In this document: positions 1 through 10,967 of the stretch, piece by piece
Layout: each line of letters starts with the position of its first letter
How positions within the stretch are numbered: the stretch's first letter is position 1
NCBI GenBank assembly: GCA_963823035.1
Contig: CAWGKG010000023.1
Coordinates: 64,001 to 128,000 of the forward strand
Reading direction: 5' to 3'
Origin: an uncultured Gemmatimonadales bacterium
Lineage (GTDB): Bacteria; Gemmatimonadota; Gemmatimonadetes; Longimicrobiales; Gaopeijiaceae
Length of the DNA stretch: 64,000 nt
Notes under the pieces: model-generated
Seen by the model: the letters and a program-made list of their open reading frames with translations, nothing else
What the model was told of the DNA's origin: nothing
Database searches by the model: none
Position numbers and translations under genes: made by a program

Positions 1-396
1 GGCGTGTTCATGAAGCGCCTGAACGCGAAGGGATGCCTGGCGGCGCTGCTGACGGGCTTCGCCCTGGGCGTGTTCCGCCTGGCCGTGGATACGCCCGTGA
101 GCCTCGGGATGGGCGGGTTCACGGGGTACGCCGAGGGCTCGTTCCTCTGGATCGTGAACAACATCTACTTCCAGTACTACAGCCTCTTCATCTTCATCGT
201 CTCGGTGGTCGCGATGATCGGCGTCAGCTACGCGACCGAGCAGCCGGTCTACGAGCGGATCTCGGGCCTCACGTACGCGACGGTCACCGACGAGCACCGC
301 GCCGAGTCGCGGAAGAGCTGGGACAAGAGGGACGTGTTCTTCTCCGGACTCGTGCTGGTCTTGATCGCGATGGCGTACCTGTACTTCCGCGGATGA
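1..396 (+). CDS. Sodium:solute symporter (SSS) family transporter, C-terminal part (5' truncated by window edge)
   Basis: Several hydrophobic helices ending ...VIGVSYATEQP...ISGLTYAT...VLVLIAMAYLYFRG, typical of SSS sugar transporter C-termini; lies upstream of sugar catabolic genes. Confidence 0.7.
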   Translation, partial: GVFMKRLNAKGCLAALLTGFALGVFRLAVDTPVSLGMGGFTGYAEGSFLWIVNNIYFQYYSLFIFIVSVVAMIGVSYATEQPVYERISGLTYATVTDEHRAESRKSWDKRDVFFSGLVLVLIAMAYLYFRG

Positions 397-418
397 TGAA
401 CAAGGGGGACCGGACGCC

Positions 419-1552
419 ATGGCACGCTTCACCCCGGATCAACTCGAGCACGCCGCGAAGCTGAAGACACCGCTCGACCGCGACGGCGCCATCGCGTTCC
501 TGAGGGCGCTGGATATCCGCATGAGCGTCGGGCACTGGTCGGCGGGCGACTTCGTCGACCGCTTCGCGCCCCTGGGCTATCGCTCGGACGATCCGACGTT
601 CGCCAGCGACTTCGCGTCGCAGTGCCGGCGTACGCGCGCCGCGGGGATCGACGCGATCGAGATCCATCAGACGGTCTTCCAGAAGACACCCAACGGGGAC
701 GTCGACTGGGCCGAGGTGGAGCGGGCGCGCGACGGATATCTCCCGGAGCTCGGCCTCGCGGTCACCACGTGCAACATCAACACCTGGACGAACCCGCGCT
801 TCCGCCTGGGCGGGGTATGCAACCCGGACCCCGTCCTGCGGCGGGAGGCGGTGGAGGAGTTCCGGAAGGCGATCGAGATCTGCGAGCGCCTGGACATCGG
901 CGTGATCGGCTTCTGGCCGGGCTCGGACGGAGCCGACTACCACTTCCAGATCGACTACCTGCAGTCGCTGGAGTGGTTCACGGAGGCGCTGGTGGAGGTG
1001 AACCGGGCGTGCGTGGAGGCAGGAATCCGCCTCGCGATCGAGCCCAAGCCGTACGAGCCCCGTGAGCTCTACATGATCGTGCCGACGGCGGCCTCCGCCA
1101 TCCTGGTGGCGTCGCGCGTGAACCGCGAGTGCGGCGGCACGAACTGCGGGCTGACCGTGGACTACGGGCACCAGAAGATGGAGGCCACGACGGCGTCCAC
1201 GGCGTGCGACCTGGCCGCCTACGCGGGCGTGCCCATCCACAAGTTCGACGTGAACGACGCCCGCCAGGGGCGCAACGATCAGGACCTCATCTTCGGGACC
1301 GTCTCGATCCCCGAGGCGGTCGAATACCTGTTCACGACGTTCGAGCGGGACTACCGCGGGTGGTACAGCCAGGACCAGTTCACCTACCGGGACGATCCGG
1401 TCCGGGCGATGGAGCGCAGCATGGTCAACTTCGCCAACCTCGCGCTGAAGGCCGCCCGGCTGTATGGCCGGCGCGACGAGCTCGCCGCGGCCCGCCGGGC
1501 CGGCACGGGCCCCGACCTGCTCGACCTCGTCAGCCCGCTCCTGCTCGGTTAG
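419..1552 (+). CDS. Xylose isomerase-like TIM-barrel sugar isomerase
   Basis: Motifs FWPGSDG, LAIEPKPYEPRE, DYGH, HKFDVND and DQDLIFG match the xylose isomerase metal/substrate-binding pattern (EPKPxEP, HIDLND, DQDLRFG). Confidence 0.75.
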   Translation: MARFTPDQLEHAAKLKTPLDRDGAIAFLRALDIRMSVGHWSAGDFVDRFAPLGYRSDDPTFASDFASQCRRTRAAGIDAIEIHQTVFQKTPNGDVDWAEVERARDGYLPELGLAVTTCNINTWTNPRFRLGGVCNPDPVLRREAVEEFRKAIEICERLDIGVIGFWPGSDGADYHFQIDYLQSLEWFTEALVEVNRACVEAGIRLAIEPKPYEPRELYMIVPTAASAILVASRVNRECGGTNCGLTVDYGHQKMEATTASTACDLAAYAGVPIHKFDVNDARQGRNDQDLIFGTVSIPEAVEYLFTTFERDYRGWYSQDQFTYRDDPVRAMERSMVNFANLALKAARLYGRRDELAAARRAGTGPDLLDLVSPLLLG

Positions 1553-1563
1553 AAGGAGTCATC

Positions 1564-3265
1564 ATGAGCCAGGCCTTCGCGATCGGCCTCGACTACGGAA
1601 CCAACTCGGTGCGCGCGGTCGTGGTGGACTGCGCGAACGGCGACGCGATCGGCACGTCGGTCTTCGACTACCCCTCGGGAGAGCGCGGCGTGATCGTCGA
1701 CGCGCGCGATCCGCACCTCGCTCGGCAGAACCCCGCGGACTACGTGGCGGGGCTGCGCGAATCGACACGGGGCGCGCTGGTCGAAGCCGAGGCCCACCCG
1801 GGCTTCTCGCGCGAGCGCGTGATCGGCATCGGCGTCGACACGACGGGCTCCACGCCCATGCCGGTGGACGCGCGGGCGCGCCCGCTCGCGCTCGACCCGA
1901 AGTGGCGCGACAACCCGGCCGCGCACGCCTGGCTGTGGAAGGACCATACCTCGGCCGAGGAGTCCGCCGCCATCACCCGCATCGCGGCGGAGCACGCTCC
2001 GGAGTACCTGTCGCCGATCGGCGGCACCTACTCGTCGGAGTGGTTCTGGTCGAAGGTCTGGCACTGCCTGAAGGTCGCGCCCGGACGTCTTCGACGCGGC
2101 GGCGAGCTGGGTGGAGCTGGCCGACTACGTGCCGGCCGTGCTCGCCGGGGTGGACGACGTGCGCGACGTGGCGCGCTCCGTGTGCGCGGCCGGGCACAAG
2201 GCGATGTACTCCCCGGTGTGGGGCGGGCTGCCCTCGAAGGACGTTCCTGACGCGGCTCGATCCGCGTCTCGCCGAGCTGCGCGACCGCCTCTACGACGAG
2301 GCGCACGCGCCCGACCGGCCGGCCGGCAGGCTGAGCGCCGAGTGGGCCGGAGACGCTCGGGCTGCCCGAGGGCATCCCGATCGCGATGGGCGGCTTCGAC
2401 GCGCACTACGGCGCCGTGGGCTCGCACGTGAGCCCCGGCACCCTGGTGAAGATCATCGGCACGTCCACCTGCGACATCGCGATCGCACCGTCCGGCGAGC
2501 CCCTCGCGGACGTGCCCGGCATCTGCGGCATCGTCAACGGCTCGGTCATGCCGGGCTACTACGGCATCGAGGCCGGGCAGTCGGCCGTGGGCGACCTCCT
2601 GCGCTGGTGGGTGGACGGGGTGTGCGAGGGCGACGACTCCCTGCACGCCGAGCTCTCCGACCGGGCCGGCGAAGCTCCGCCCGGGCGAGTCCGGGCTGTT
2701 GGCGCTCGACTGGAACAACGGCAACCGCACGATCCTCGTGGACACGCGGCTCACGGGGCTCCTCCTCGGGCAGACGCTCCACACGGACCGTGCCGAGGTG
2801 TACCGCGCGCTCATCGAGGCGACGGCGTTCGGGGCGCGCGCGATCATCGAGCGGATGGTGGAGCACGGCGTCCCGATCGAGCGCGTGGTCGTCTGCGGCG
2901 GCATCGCGGCGAAGAACGCGCTCTTCCTGCAGATCTACGCGGACGTGCTCGGGCGGCCGATGCTGCTCGCCGGGTCGTCGCAGACCCCGGCGCTCGGCGC
3001 CGCCCTCTCGGCCGCGGTGGCGGCCGGCTCGGCGGCGGGCGGCTACGACGACTTCGCGGAGGCGCAGGCGCGCATGACGTCGCTCAAGGACGAGCGCTTC
3101 GAGCCGAACCCGGAGGCGACGGCCGTCTACGACGAGCTCTACGGGATGTACCGCGAGCTGCACGACGTCTTCGGGGGCGTGCCGGGCGCGAAGACCGACC
3201 TCCCCACGATCATGAAGCGGCTGCTCGCCCTGCGGGAGCGGGTCGCGGGCGGGGAGGCGTCGTGA
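1564..3265 (+). CDS. araB: Ribulokinase (FGGY family); frameshifts near 2080, 2245, 2350 and 2680
   Basis: AAGGAG RBS then MSQAFAIGLDYGTNSVRA; GIGVDTTGSTP, LWKDHT, YSSEWFWSK, GGFDAH, IGTSTC, GIEAGQSAVGD and LDWNNGNRT spread across three frames. Confidence 0.9.
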
Positions 3266-3967
3266 CGCTCCTGGCCGCGGAGCTCCGGGAGCGTGTCTGG
3301 CGCGCGAACGTCGAGCTGGGCGAGAGCGGGCTGGTGACGGGGACGTTCGGCAACGTCTCCGGCGTGGATCGCGACGACGGCCTCTTCGCGATCAAGCCGA
3401 GCGGGGTGCCCTACGCGGAGCTGTCGCCGGCGCACATGGTGCCGGTGTCGCTGGAGACCGGCGAGGTGCTGGAGGGCACGCTGCGCCCCTCCTCCGACAC
3501 GCCCACGCACCTGGAGCTCTACCGCGCCTTCCCGTGCGGCGGCGTGGCGCACACGCATTCGGAGTTCGCCACCGCGCTCGCGCAGGCGCGGCTGCCCGTG
3601 CGCTGCATGGGCACGACGCACGCCGACTACTTCCGGGGCGACGTGCCGGTGACGCGCGAGATGACGCGGGACGAGGTCGAGAGCGCCTACGAGAGGAACA
3701 CCGGGCTCGTCATCGTGGAGGCGTTCCGCGAGCGGCGGGCCCTCGCCCGAGGACGTGACCGGCGTGCTGGTGGCGAACCACGGGCCGTTCACCTGGGGGC
3801 GGGACGCGCACGAGGCCGTGGAGCGTTCGCGCATCCTCGAGCTGCTCGCGCGCATGGAGTGCACGGTCCGCTCGGTGGCCCCGGACGCGCGCAGGCCCGA
3901 GACGTACCTCGTCGACAAGCACTTCCTCCGCAAGCACGGGAGCACCGCCTATTACGGTCAGGGGTGA
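3262..3967 (+). CDS. araD: L-ribulose-5-phosphate 4-epimerase; frameshift near 3735
   Basis: TFGNVSG, IKPSGVPY, RPSSDTPTHLELY, HTHS, GTTHADYF, VLVANHGPFTWG, KHFLRKHGSTAYYGQ; GTGA overlap with araB stop. Confidence 0.9.
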
Positions 3968-4335
3968 GGGGGACGGGCCCGCACCGCGCGCGGTCCTCTG
4001 GGATCTGGACGGGACGCTGGCCGACTCGAAGGCCTACCACTGGCGGTCGTGGCAGGAGGCGCTGGCCGCAGAGGGCGTGCGCGTCACGGAGTCGGACTTC
4101 GAGGCCAGCTTCGGGCAGCGCAACGACGAGCTCACCGCGGCGACGCGGCTGGGCGTGGCCCCGGAGCGCTGCGTCGTGGTCCGGAGGACGTCGGCGACGC
4201 GAAGGCGAGGCCACCCGCCGCGGGGGCATGCGGTGCCGATCGGCGTCGGCCGAGGCCGCCGCCGGCGCGGACCTGGCCGTGACGTCGCTGCGCGACCTCG
4301 CGCCCGACGCGTTCGAAGGGCTCCTGGACGGCTAG
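3964..4335 (+). pseudogene. HAD-family phosphatase (beta-phosphoglucomutase-like) remnant with large internal deletion and frameshifts
   Basis: Reads AVLWDLDGTLADSKAYHWRSWQEALAAEG...FGQRNDE then jumps to LTAATRLGVAPERCVVV(ED) and ends ADLAVTSLRDL; only about 120 codons. Confidence 0.65.
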
Positions 4336-4342
4336 TCGCGCG

Positions 4343-5927
4343 ATGCCGATCTACCTGGGACTCGACTGCGCGACGCAGAGCCTCACGGCGATCGCGATCG
4401 AGGTGGAGGAGGGTCGGCGCCGCGTCCTCTTCGAGCGCTCCCTCCGCTACGACGAGGCGTTCCCCGCCTACGGCACCGTCGACGGCGTGCTTCGCCACCC
4501 CGACCCCCGTGTGGTGCGTTCCTCCCCGCTCATGTGGGCGGAGGCCCTCGACACGATGATGGCGTGCGTCGCCGCGGAGCTGGGCGCCGACGTGCGCCGC
4601 ATCGCGGCGGTGAGCGGCTCGGCGCAGCAGCACGGCTCCGTCTACCTGCGCGCCGAGGCCGACGCCGTGTTGGCCGACCTTGACCCGCGGCGCCCGCTCA
4701 CCGCCCAGCTTCCCGGCACCTTCGCGCTCGACGTCGCGCCCGTGTGGATGGACGCGAGCACCGCCCCGCAGTGCGCGGAGATCACGAACGCCCTCGGCGG
4801 CCCCGAGGCCGTGGCCCGACTCACCGGCTCCAGGGTGTTCGAGCGCTTCACGGGTCCGCAGATCCGCAAGCTCTGGCAGACCGACCCGGAGGCGTGGGCG
4901 CGCACCGCGCGCGTCCACCTCGTCAGCTCGTTCCTGGCGTCGCTCCTGGCCGGTGACCACCATGCCGATCGACACCGGGGACGGCTCGGGGATGAACCTC
5001 ATGGACATCCGTCGCGCACGGTGGGCCGGTGCCGCCCTCGAGGCGACCGCCCCGGGCCTCCGCGACCGCCTTCCCCCCGTGGTGCACCCCGATACGGTGG
5101 TCGGCCACCTTTCGCGCTATTGGACGGACCGTCACGGCCTGCCCCCGGCTCGGCTCGTCGCCTGGACGGGGGACAATCCCTCCAGCCTGGTCGGCGTGGG
5201 CCTGGTGGACCCCGGCACGGTGGCGGTGTCGCTCGGCACGAGCGACACCCTCTTCACGCTCCTGGACGGCTTCGCGCTCGACCCTTCGGGCACCGCGCAC
5301 GTGTTCGGCGCGCCCACCGGGGAGCTGATGAGCCTGGTCTGCTTCCGGAACGGGTCGCTCGCGCGTGAGCGGGTCCGCGACGCCTTCGGGCTCGACTGGG
5401 ACGGCTTCACAGCGCTGCTGCGCGAGACTCCCCCCGGCAACCACGGGGCGCTCATGCTCCCCTGGTTCGAGCCGGAGATCACGCCGCGTGTCGACGCGAC
5501 CGGCGTCCACCGTCTGGGCTTCACGGCGGACGACATCGGCGCGAATGTCCGGGGCGTGGTCGAGGGACAGATGCTCTCGATGCGGGTGCACGCACGCTGG
5601 GCCGCACCGCGCGTCGAGCGCATCCACGCCACCGGAGGGGCGGCCCGCAACGGCGCGCTCCTCCAGGTCATGGCGGACGTCTTCGACGCCCCGGTCCACC
5701 GGATCGACGTGACGAACGCCGCCTGCCTGGGCGCCGCTCTGCGCGCCGCGCACGCGGACGCGGCCGCGAACCACCGGGCCGTCGACTGGAGCGAGGTGGT
5801 CTCCGGGTTCGCCGAGCCGAACCCGGCGCTGGCCGTGACGCCGGACCCGTCGGCCGTCGAGGTGTACCGACGGCTGTCCGGGGTGTACGAGGAATACGAG
5901 AAACGCGTCCTTACGGAGATCCGATGA
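4343..5927 (+). CDS. xylB: Xylulokinase (FGGY family); frameshift near 4955
   Basis: YLGLDCATQS, SGSAQQHGSVY, PVWMDAST, ERFTGPQIRK, DGSGMNLMDI, TGDNPSSL, VSLGTSDT, CFRNGSLARE, ATGGAARN. Confidence 0.8.
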
Positions 5928-8673
5928 GCAAGCGTACCCCGCTACCCGGCACCCCCGCGCACCGTCTCGCGCTCGTGGCCCTCCTCCTCGGCGCGGCGCC
6001 GACGGCGACGCTGGCGCAGATGCGCGGGCGCCCTCCGGCCGACACCGTCCCCACGCTGGGCCTCGAGCAGGGCACGATCGACCTGCAGACGCCGCACTTC
6101 GACCTGTCGCTGGTGCGCGCTTCCCAGACCGTGGCCGCACTGCGGCCCAAGGGAGCGGACGGCTTCGACTTCACGCCTTCCGACTGGTTGGTGCGGAGGG
6201 CGGCGAACGGCTTCAACCACCTGGGCGACCTGGACCTGCGCGTAAGGACGTCGGGGGCCGCCGAGTGGCGGGAGATCTCCACGGCGGCGGCCCGCAAGCC
6301 GGTGCGTGCCCTCGCGGCCTCGGGCGACGTGCTCGCCGCCGCGGACCTCGCGCCCACGCTCCCCGCGGATCTCCCCCTGAGCGTACGCCGCTACTGGGAG
6401 CTGCGGGACGGCAACCTCGGCGCTCCGCTTCGAGCTCCGGAACACCTCCGACGCACCGGTGGAGATCGGGGCGCTCGGCATCCCCATGATCTTCGACAAC
6501 ATCCTGAGCGACCGCTCGCTCGACGAGGCCCACGCGGTGGCCTCCTTCCACGATCCCTACATCGGGATGGACGCGGGCTACGTGCAGGTCACCCGCCTCA
6601 ACGGCCACGGCCCCGCCCTGGTCGTGGCTCCCCTCGAGGGCACGCCGCTGGAGGCCTGGCGCCCGCTCCTCTCCGATCCGACGCCCCGGGGGATCACCTT
6701 CGAGGGGTTCTACGAGTGGATGCCGCTCAGCGCGGCATGGGCCGAGGACGAATGGAGCGACGCCGAGCCCTGGAATCCGGCGACGTCCGCGACGCTGTCA
6801 CCCGGCGAGACGCGCTCGTGGGGGGTGGAGTTCCTCGTCTCCGACGAGATCCGCGACATCGAGCAGACGCTGTTGGCCAACGGCCGCCCCGTGGCGGTCG
6901 GCGTCCCCGGCTACGTGGTCCCGATGGACATCGACGCGCGCCTCTTCCTCCGCCACGCGAGCGCGGTGCGCTCGCTCGAGGTCGACCCGGCCGGCGCGCT
7001 CGACCTGACGGCGGACGGTACCACCGAGGGCGGATGGGCCCGCTACGACGTGCGGGGCCGGCGGTGGGGGCGTGCCCGGCTGACCGTGACGTACGCGGAC
7101 GGCCTCGAGCAGACGATCCACTACAAGGTGGTGAAGTCGGCCGCCCAGGTCGTCGACGACCTGGGCCGCTTCCTGACCACGGAGCAGTGGTTCGACCGCC
7201 CGGACGATCCCTTCGGGCGCGCGCCCTCGGTGATCACCTACGACTGGGACACCAAGAGCCAGGTCACCGAGGACAACCGCGCCTGGATCGCCGGCCTCGG
7301 CGACGAAGGGGGCTCGGGGTCGTGGCTGGCCGCCGTGATGAAGCAGCTGGTGCGGCCCGATCCGGCCGAGCTCGCCAAGCTGCAGGCCTTCGTGGACAGC
7401 ACGCTCTGGGGCGGGCTCCAGTACGACTCCGGGGAGCTCGCAGTACGGCGTCAGGAAGAGCCTCTTCTACTACGAGCCCGACCAGATGCCCGCCGGGACG
7501 TACAGCGACAGCATCCGCTACGGCGGATGGTCGAGCTGGAACCGCCAGGAGGCGATGTCGGTCGGCCGCTCGTACAACTACCCGCACGTGGCCGCCGCCT
7601 ACTGGGTGCTCTACCGCCTGGCGCGCGACCACCAGGGGCTCGTGACCAACCACGCGTGGGACTGGTACCTGGAGCACGCGTGGCGCACCGGCCAGGCGAT
7701 GGTGCAGCACGCCGCACACTACGCGCAGTTCGGCCAGATGGAAGGGACCATCTTCGTGATGATCCTGCACGACCTGAAACGCGAGGGTTGGACCGAGCAG
7801 GCGGGCACGCTCGAGGGCATCATGAAGGAGCGGGCCGAGGTGTGGCGCCAGCTCGGCTATCCCTTCGGGAGCGAGATGCCGTGGGACTCCACCGGCCAGG
7901 AGGAGGTCTACGCCTGGTGCCGCTACTTCGGGTACGACGCGAAGGCCGAGGTGACGCTGAACGCGATCCTCGGGTACATGCCGACGGTTCCGCACTGGGG
8001 CTACAACGGTAGCGCGCGCCGCTACTGGGACTTCCAGTACGCGGGCAAGCTGCGCCGGCTGGAGCGGCAGCTCCACCACTACGGCTCCGGGCTGAACGCG
8101 ATCCCCGTGCTGACCGAGTACCGGGCGCACCCCGACGACCTGTACCTGCTGCGCGTCGGGTACGGCGGCGTGATGGGCTCGATCGCCAACATCACGCAGG
8201 AGGGATTCGGCCCGAGCGGCTTCCACGCCTTCCCGTCGACGCTGCGCATCGACGGCATCTCCGGGGACTACGGCCCCAACTTCTTCGGGCACGCGGTCAA
8301 CACGGGTACGTACGTCACGCACGATCCCGACCTCGGCTGGCTCGCCTTCGGCGGCAACCTCACGGAGGAGGGGGGCACCGTGCGCGTGACGCCGCTCGAC
8401 GCGTCGCGCGCGCGGGTCTACCTGGCGCCGCTGGGTCTCTGGCTCACGCTGGAGGCCGGCACCTTCGAGCGCGTGGAGCTGACCCCCGATGGCGAGGTGG
8501 TGCTCACGCTCTCGCCGGCCACCGCGTACACGCCGCAGGCCAGGCTGCGCGTCGAACAGCCGGCCGCCGTGGAGGGTGTGGAGATGATCGCCCCGGAGCT
8601 CGAGCTGAACGTCGAGCGCGACGCCTACGTGGTGCCGCTCGGTAGCGGGACGACGGAGGTGCGCCTGCGCTGA
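5924..8673 (+). CDS. Large secreted DUF5695-like protein (putative glycoside hydrolase); frameshifts near 6420 and 7440
   Basis: Signal peptide; segments HLGDLDLR, TFEGFYEW, DPFGRAPSVITYD, GRSYNYPHV, PFGSEMPWDSTGQEEVY, HWGYNGSARRYWDF, RQLHHYGSGLN; family name recalled from memory, not searched. Confidence 0.6.
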
Positions 8674-8692
8674 GGCGGGCGGCCGCGGACGC

Positions 8693-9176
8693 TCACCAGA
8701 CCCTTTGCCAGCGCTGGGATCCGATCCCCAGGCCGAGTAGCGTACCGATGGGCGCGGCGACGATGGCGCCGACGATCGCGCTGATGATGAAACGCCCCGG
8801 AGGCCGAGTCCGCGCATCCGGGTGAGTCGCACGGGCCCGACGCGTCGGAGTATCCGAGCGCACCGACGATTCCGAACACCAGCGCCCCACCGGCCGCGCC
8901 GAAGCCGAGTCCCTTCAGCGCTCCGATCGCGTGGCTGCGCCCGCGGCTCACATCCAGGCGCACGATCGTCGAAGCGGGGATCGTGTCGGGCGGTCCGGAT
9001 CCGGGGCGGACGACGAGGCCGAGCTCCGTGCCCGACACGAGGAGGCCCTTCACGACCCGGGTCTGGCCGTCGGTCCCGAACTCAGCCCGCACCGCGGTTC
9101 CGATCGGGGGCGGCACGCGCAGCGGAGAGGACTGGGCCTCCACGGCGACGCCGCCGAGGGCCAGGAGCACGAACAC
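8693..9176 (-). CDS. Hypothetical exported/membrane protein with Gly-rich C-terminal helices; frameshift near 8795; start uncertain
   Basis: Signal-like N-terminus, VRLDVSRGRS, then hydrophobic GLGFGAAGGALVFGIVG and ISAIVGAIVAAPIGTLLGLGIG...WQRVW. Confidence 0.45.
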
Positions 9177-9243
9177 CGATCCGAACCGCGCTGCTCGCCC
9201 GCGACGAGCGAACCATGGACCCTCTGGGCCGGGAGAATCCGCT

Positions 9244-10947
9244 CTACTCCGCGCAACCCGGAAGCCGGAATGCGCCGATGCGCGTAGAGTACCGTTCGGC
9301 CCCCTCCTTCAGGTAGTCCCCCACGTACCAGATCGTGCAGTCGTCCCGCGGGTCGACCGCGGTCTGCGTGTAGTCCTCCCAGCGCAGCGTGCTCGTCTGC
9401 GCGGCCTCGCCCTCCACCAGAACGGTCTCCCCCAGCGTGAGCCTGCCGAGGGGGTCGTCCGCCCTGCGCCCCGAGAAGCGCTGGCCGGCGAAGTGCGGCG
9501 TGCCCCCGAAGGAGTAGCCGATGCCGATGTTCCCGAGGCCGTCCATCGCCGGGCTCCCCATCCAGCGGTAGAGGCCGTCCGGCGCGTACGTCCCCTGCTG
9601 CCTGAGGGTCATGGAGCGTGACGCCCCGACCGTGAGCTCGTACCAACGCACGCCCCCGCCACCCGCCTCCGTGTCGACGGAGTGGACGGCCACCACCGCC
9701 TCGCGCTCGCCCAGGTTCCGGTAGACCACCCTGGCCATGAGCTTGTCGCCCTGGGCGTCGAGGTGGCGGTCGGTTCCCGGCTGGCGGACGCAGTTGGTGA
9801 GCTGCCCGTCGCACAGGTAGTGGTAGGGGGCCACGGGGATCTTCTCGGGGCCCGTGAGCGTGGTCGCGGCGGGATCCTCCCAGTCGACGTGGAACCGCCA
9901 GGCGTAGAGGCCGTCGTCGTCGAAATCCCCGCGCAGCTGCGTGCCGCCCGTGGCCAGCACCGGGTTCGGGGCGCCCTCCGGCGGGAGCCGGCGTCCGTCG
10001 AGGTCGGCGTTGTTCAGGAAGCCCACGTCGGCCACCACGAAGCACTGCTCGCGCGCCGGCTCGCCCGCGAGCATGCGCGCACGCTCGACCACGCACGTGT
10101 GCTTCTCCACCACGTTGTCGCCCGTGCTGGTCGGCACGTAGTAGCCGTCCGGCCAGACGGCGGGGCGCGGGTAGTCCGGGAAGAGCGGGCGCAGGAACTC
10201 GTACCGGTACCACGAGCCCATCGGGTCCGGGCTCGTGCTCACCGCGTAGCACATCCCCCACGGCCCTTCCTCCTCGGGGGGTCGCTGCCCGGGCGGACCG
10301 CTCCGCCCCGCCACGTTCCCCTGCGCCTCGGGCGCGGGCTCGGGCGCGGGCACGAAGAGCGGCGCGGCCGGGCCCGGCTGCCCCGGCACGCCCTCCGGGC
10401 TCAGATAGGCGGTGGGCGACGGCGTCCAGACGGGCGGCTGATCCGGACGGGCCGGCTGCCGCCGGAACAACGGCATGACCACGAGCCACCGATCCGCGAG
10501 CTGGTCGTAACGCGCGACGGCGTCGCCGTTGTTCGTGCGCTCGCACATGCCCCCGAAACCGTGGAAGAGCGTGTTCGTCGGCACGGCGCCGTACAGCACC
10601 TCGCCGGTCGTGTCGTACCGCTCGCCCTTCCGGCTGAAGATCGCCAGCCGCGAGTTCACGACCTGCACCACGTGGTCGGGGCCGACCGCCAGGCTGTTGT
10701 CCGAGGGATTCCGACCGGTGGACACGCCCTGCGGGCCCGTGAAGCCCACGCCGAGGCCGTCGAACGCCTCCACCAGACGGGGTCCCGGCGCCGACCCCTG
10801 CACCGTCTGCTCGATGGCCGCCCCCTCGGTGCTCGCGACCGGCCGAAGCCCCACCGTCCTCGCGGTCTGTCGGGCCTGGAAGAGGAGGAACACGCCTCCG
10901 GCCAACAGCGCCATCACCACGACCGCGGTCCAGGGATTCCTCGCCAT
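9244..10947 (-). CDS. Secreted hypothetical protein (probable beta-propeller)
   Basis: ATG at 10947 after a GGAG RBS; N-terminal TM/signal; [66 protein letters not shown]. Confidence 0.65.
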   Translation of the reverse strand: MARNPWTAVVVMALLAGGVFLLFQARQTARTVGLRPVASTEGAAIEQTVQGSAPGPRLVEAFDGLGVGFTGPQGVSTGRNPSDNSLAVGPDHVVQVVNSRLAIFSRKGERYDTTGEVLYGAVPTNTLFHGFGGMCERTNNGDAVARYDQLADRWLVVMPLFRRQPARPDQPPVWTPSPTAYLSPEGVPGQPGPAAPLFVPAPEPAPEAQGNVAGRSGPPGQRPPEEEGPWGMCYAVSTSPDPMGSWYRYEFLRPLFPDYPRPAVWPDGYYVPTSTGDNVVEKHTCVVERARMLAGEPAREQCFVVADVGFLNNADLDGRRLPPEGAPNPVLATGGTQLRGDFDDDGLYAWRFHVDWEDPAATTLTGPEKIPVAPYHYLCDGQLTNCVRQPGTDRHLDAQGDKLMARVVYRNLGEREAVVAVHSVDTEAGGGGVRWYELTVGASRSMTLRQQGTYAPDGLYRWMGSPAMDGLGNIGIGYSFGGTPHFAGQRFSGRRADDPLGRLTLGETVLVEGEAAQTSTLRWEDYTQTAVDPRDDCTIWYVGDYLKEGAERYSTRIGAFRLPGCAE

Positions 10948-10967
10948 CGGACTCCTCCCGCAGGTAG

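Noticed and set aside
2386..4335. 649-aa ORF appearing to fuse AraB, AraD and HAD segments
   Set aside because: Chance read-through between frameshifted genes in GC-rich DNA
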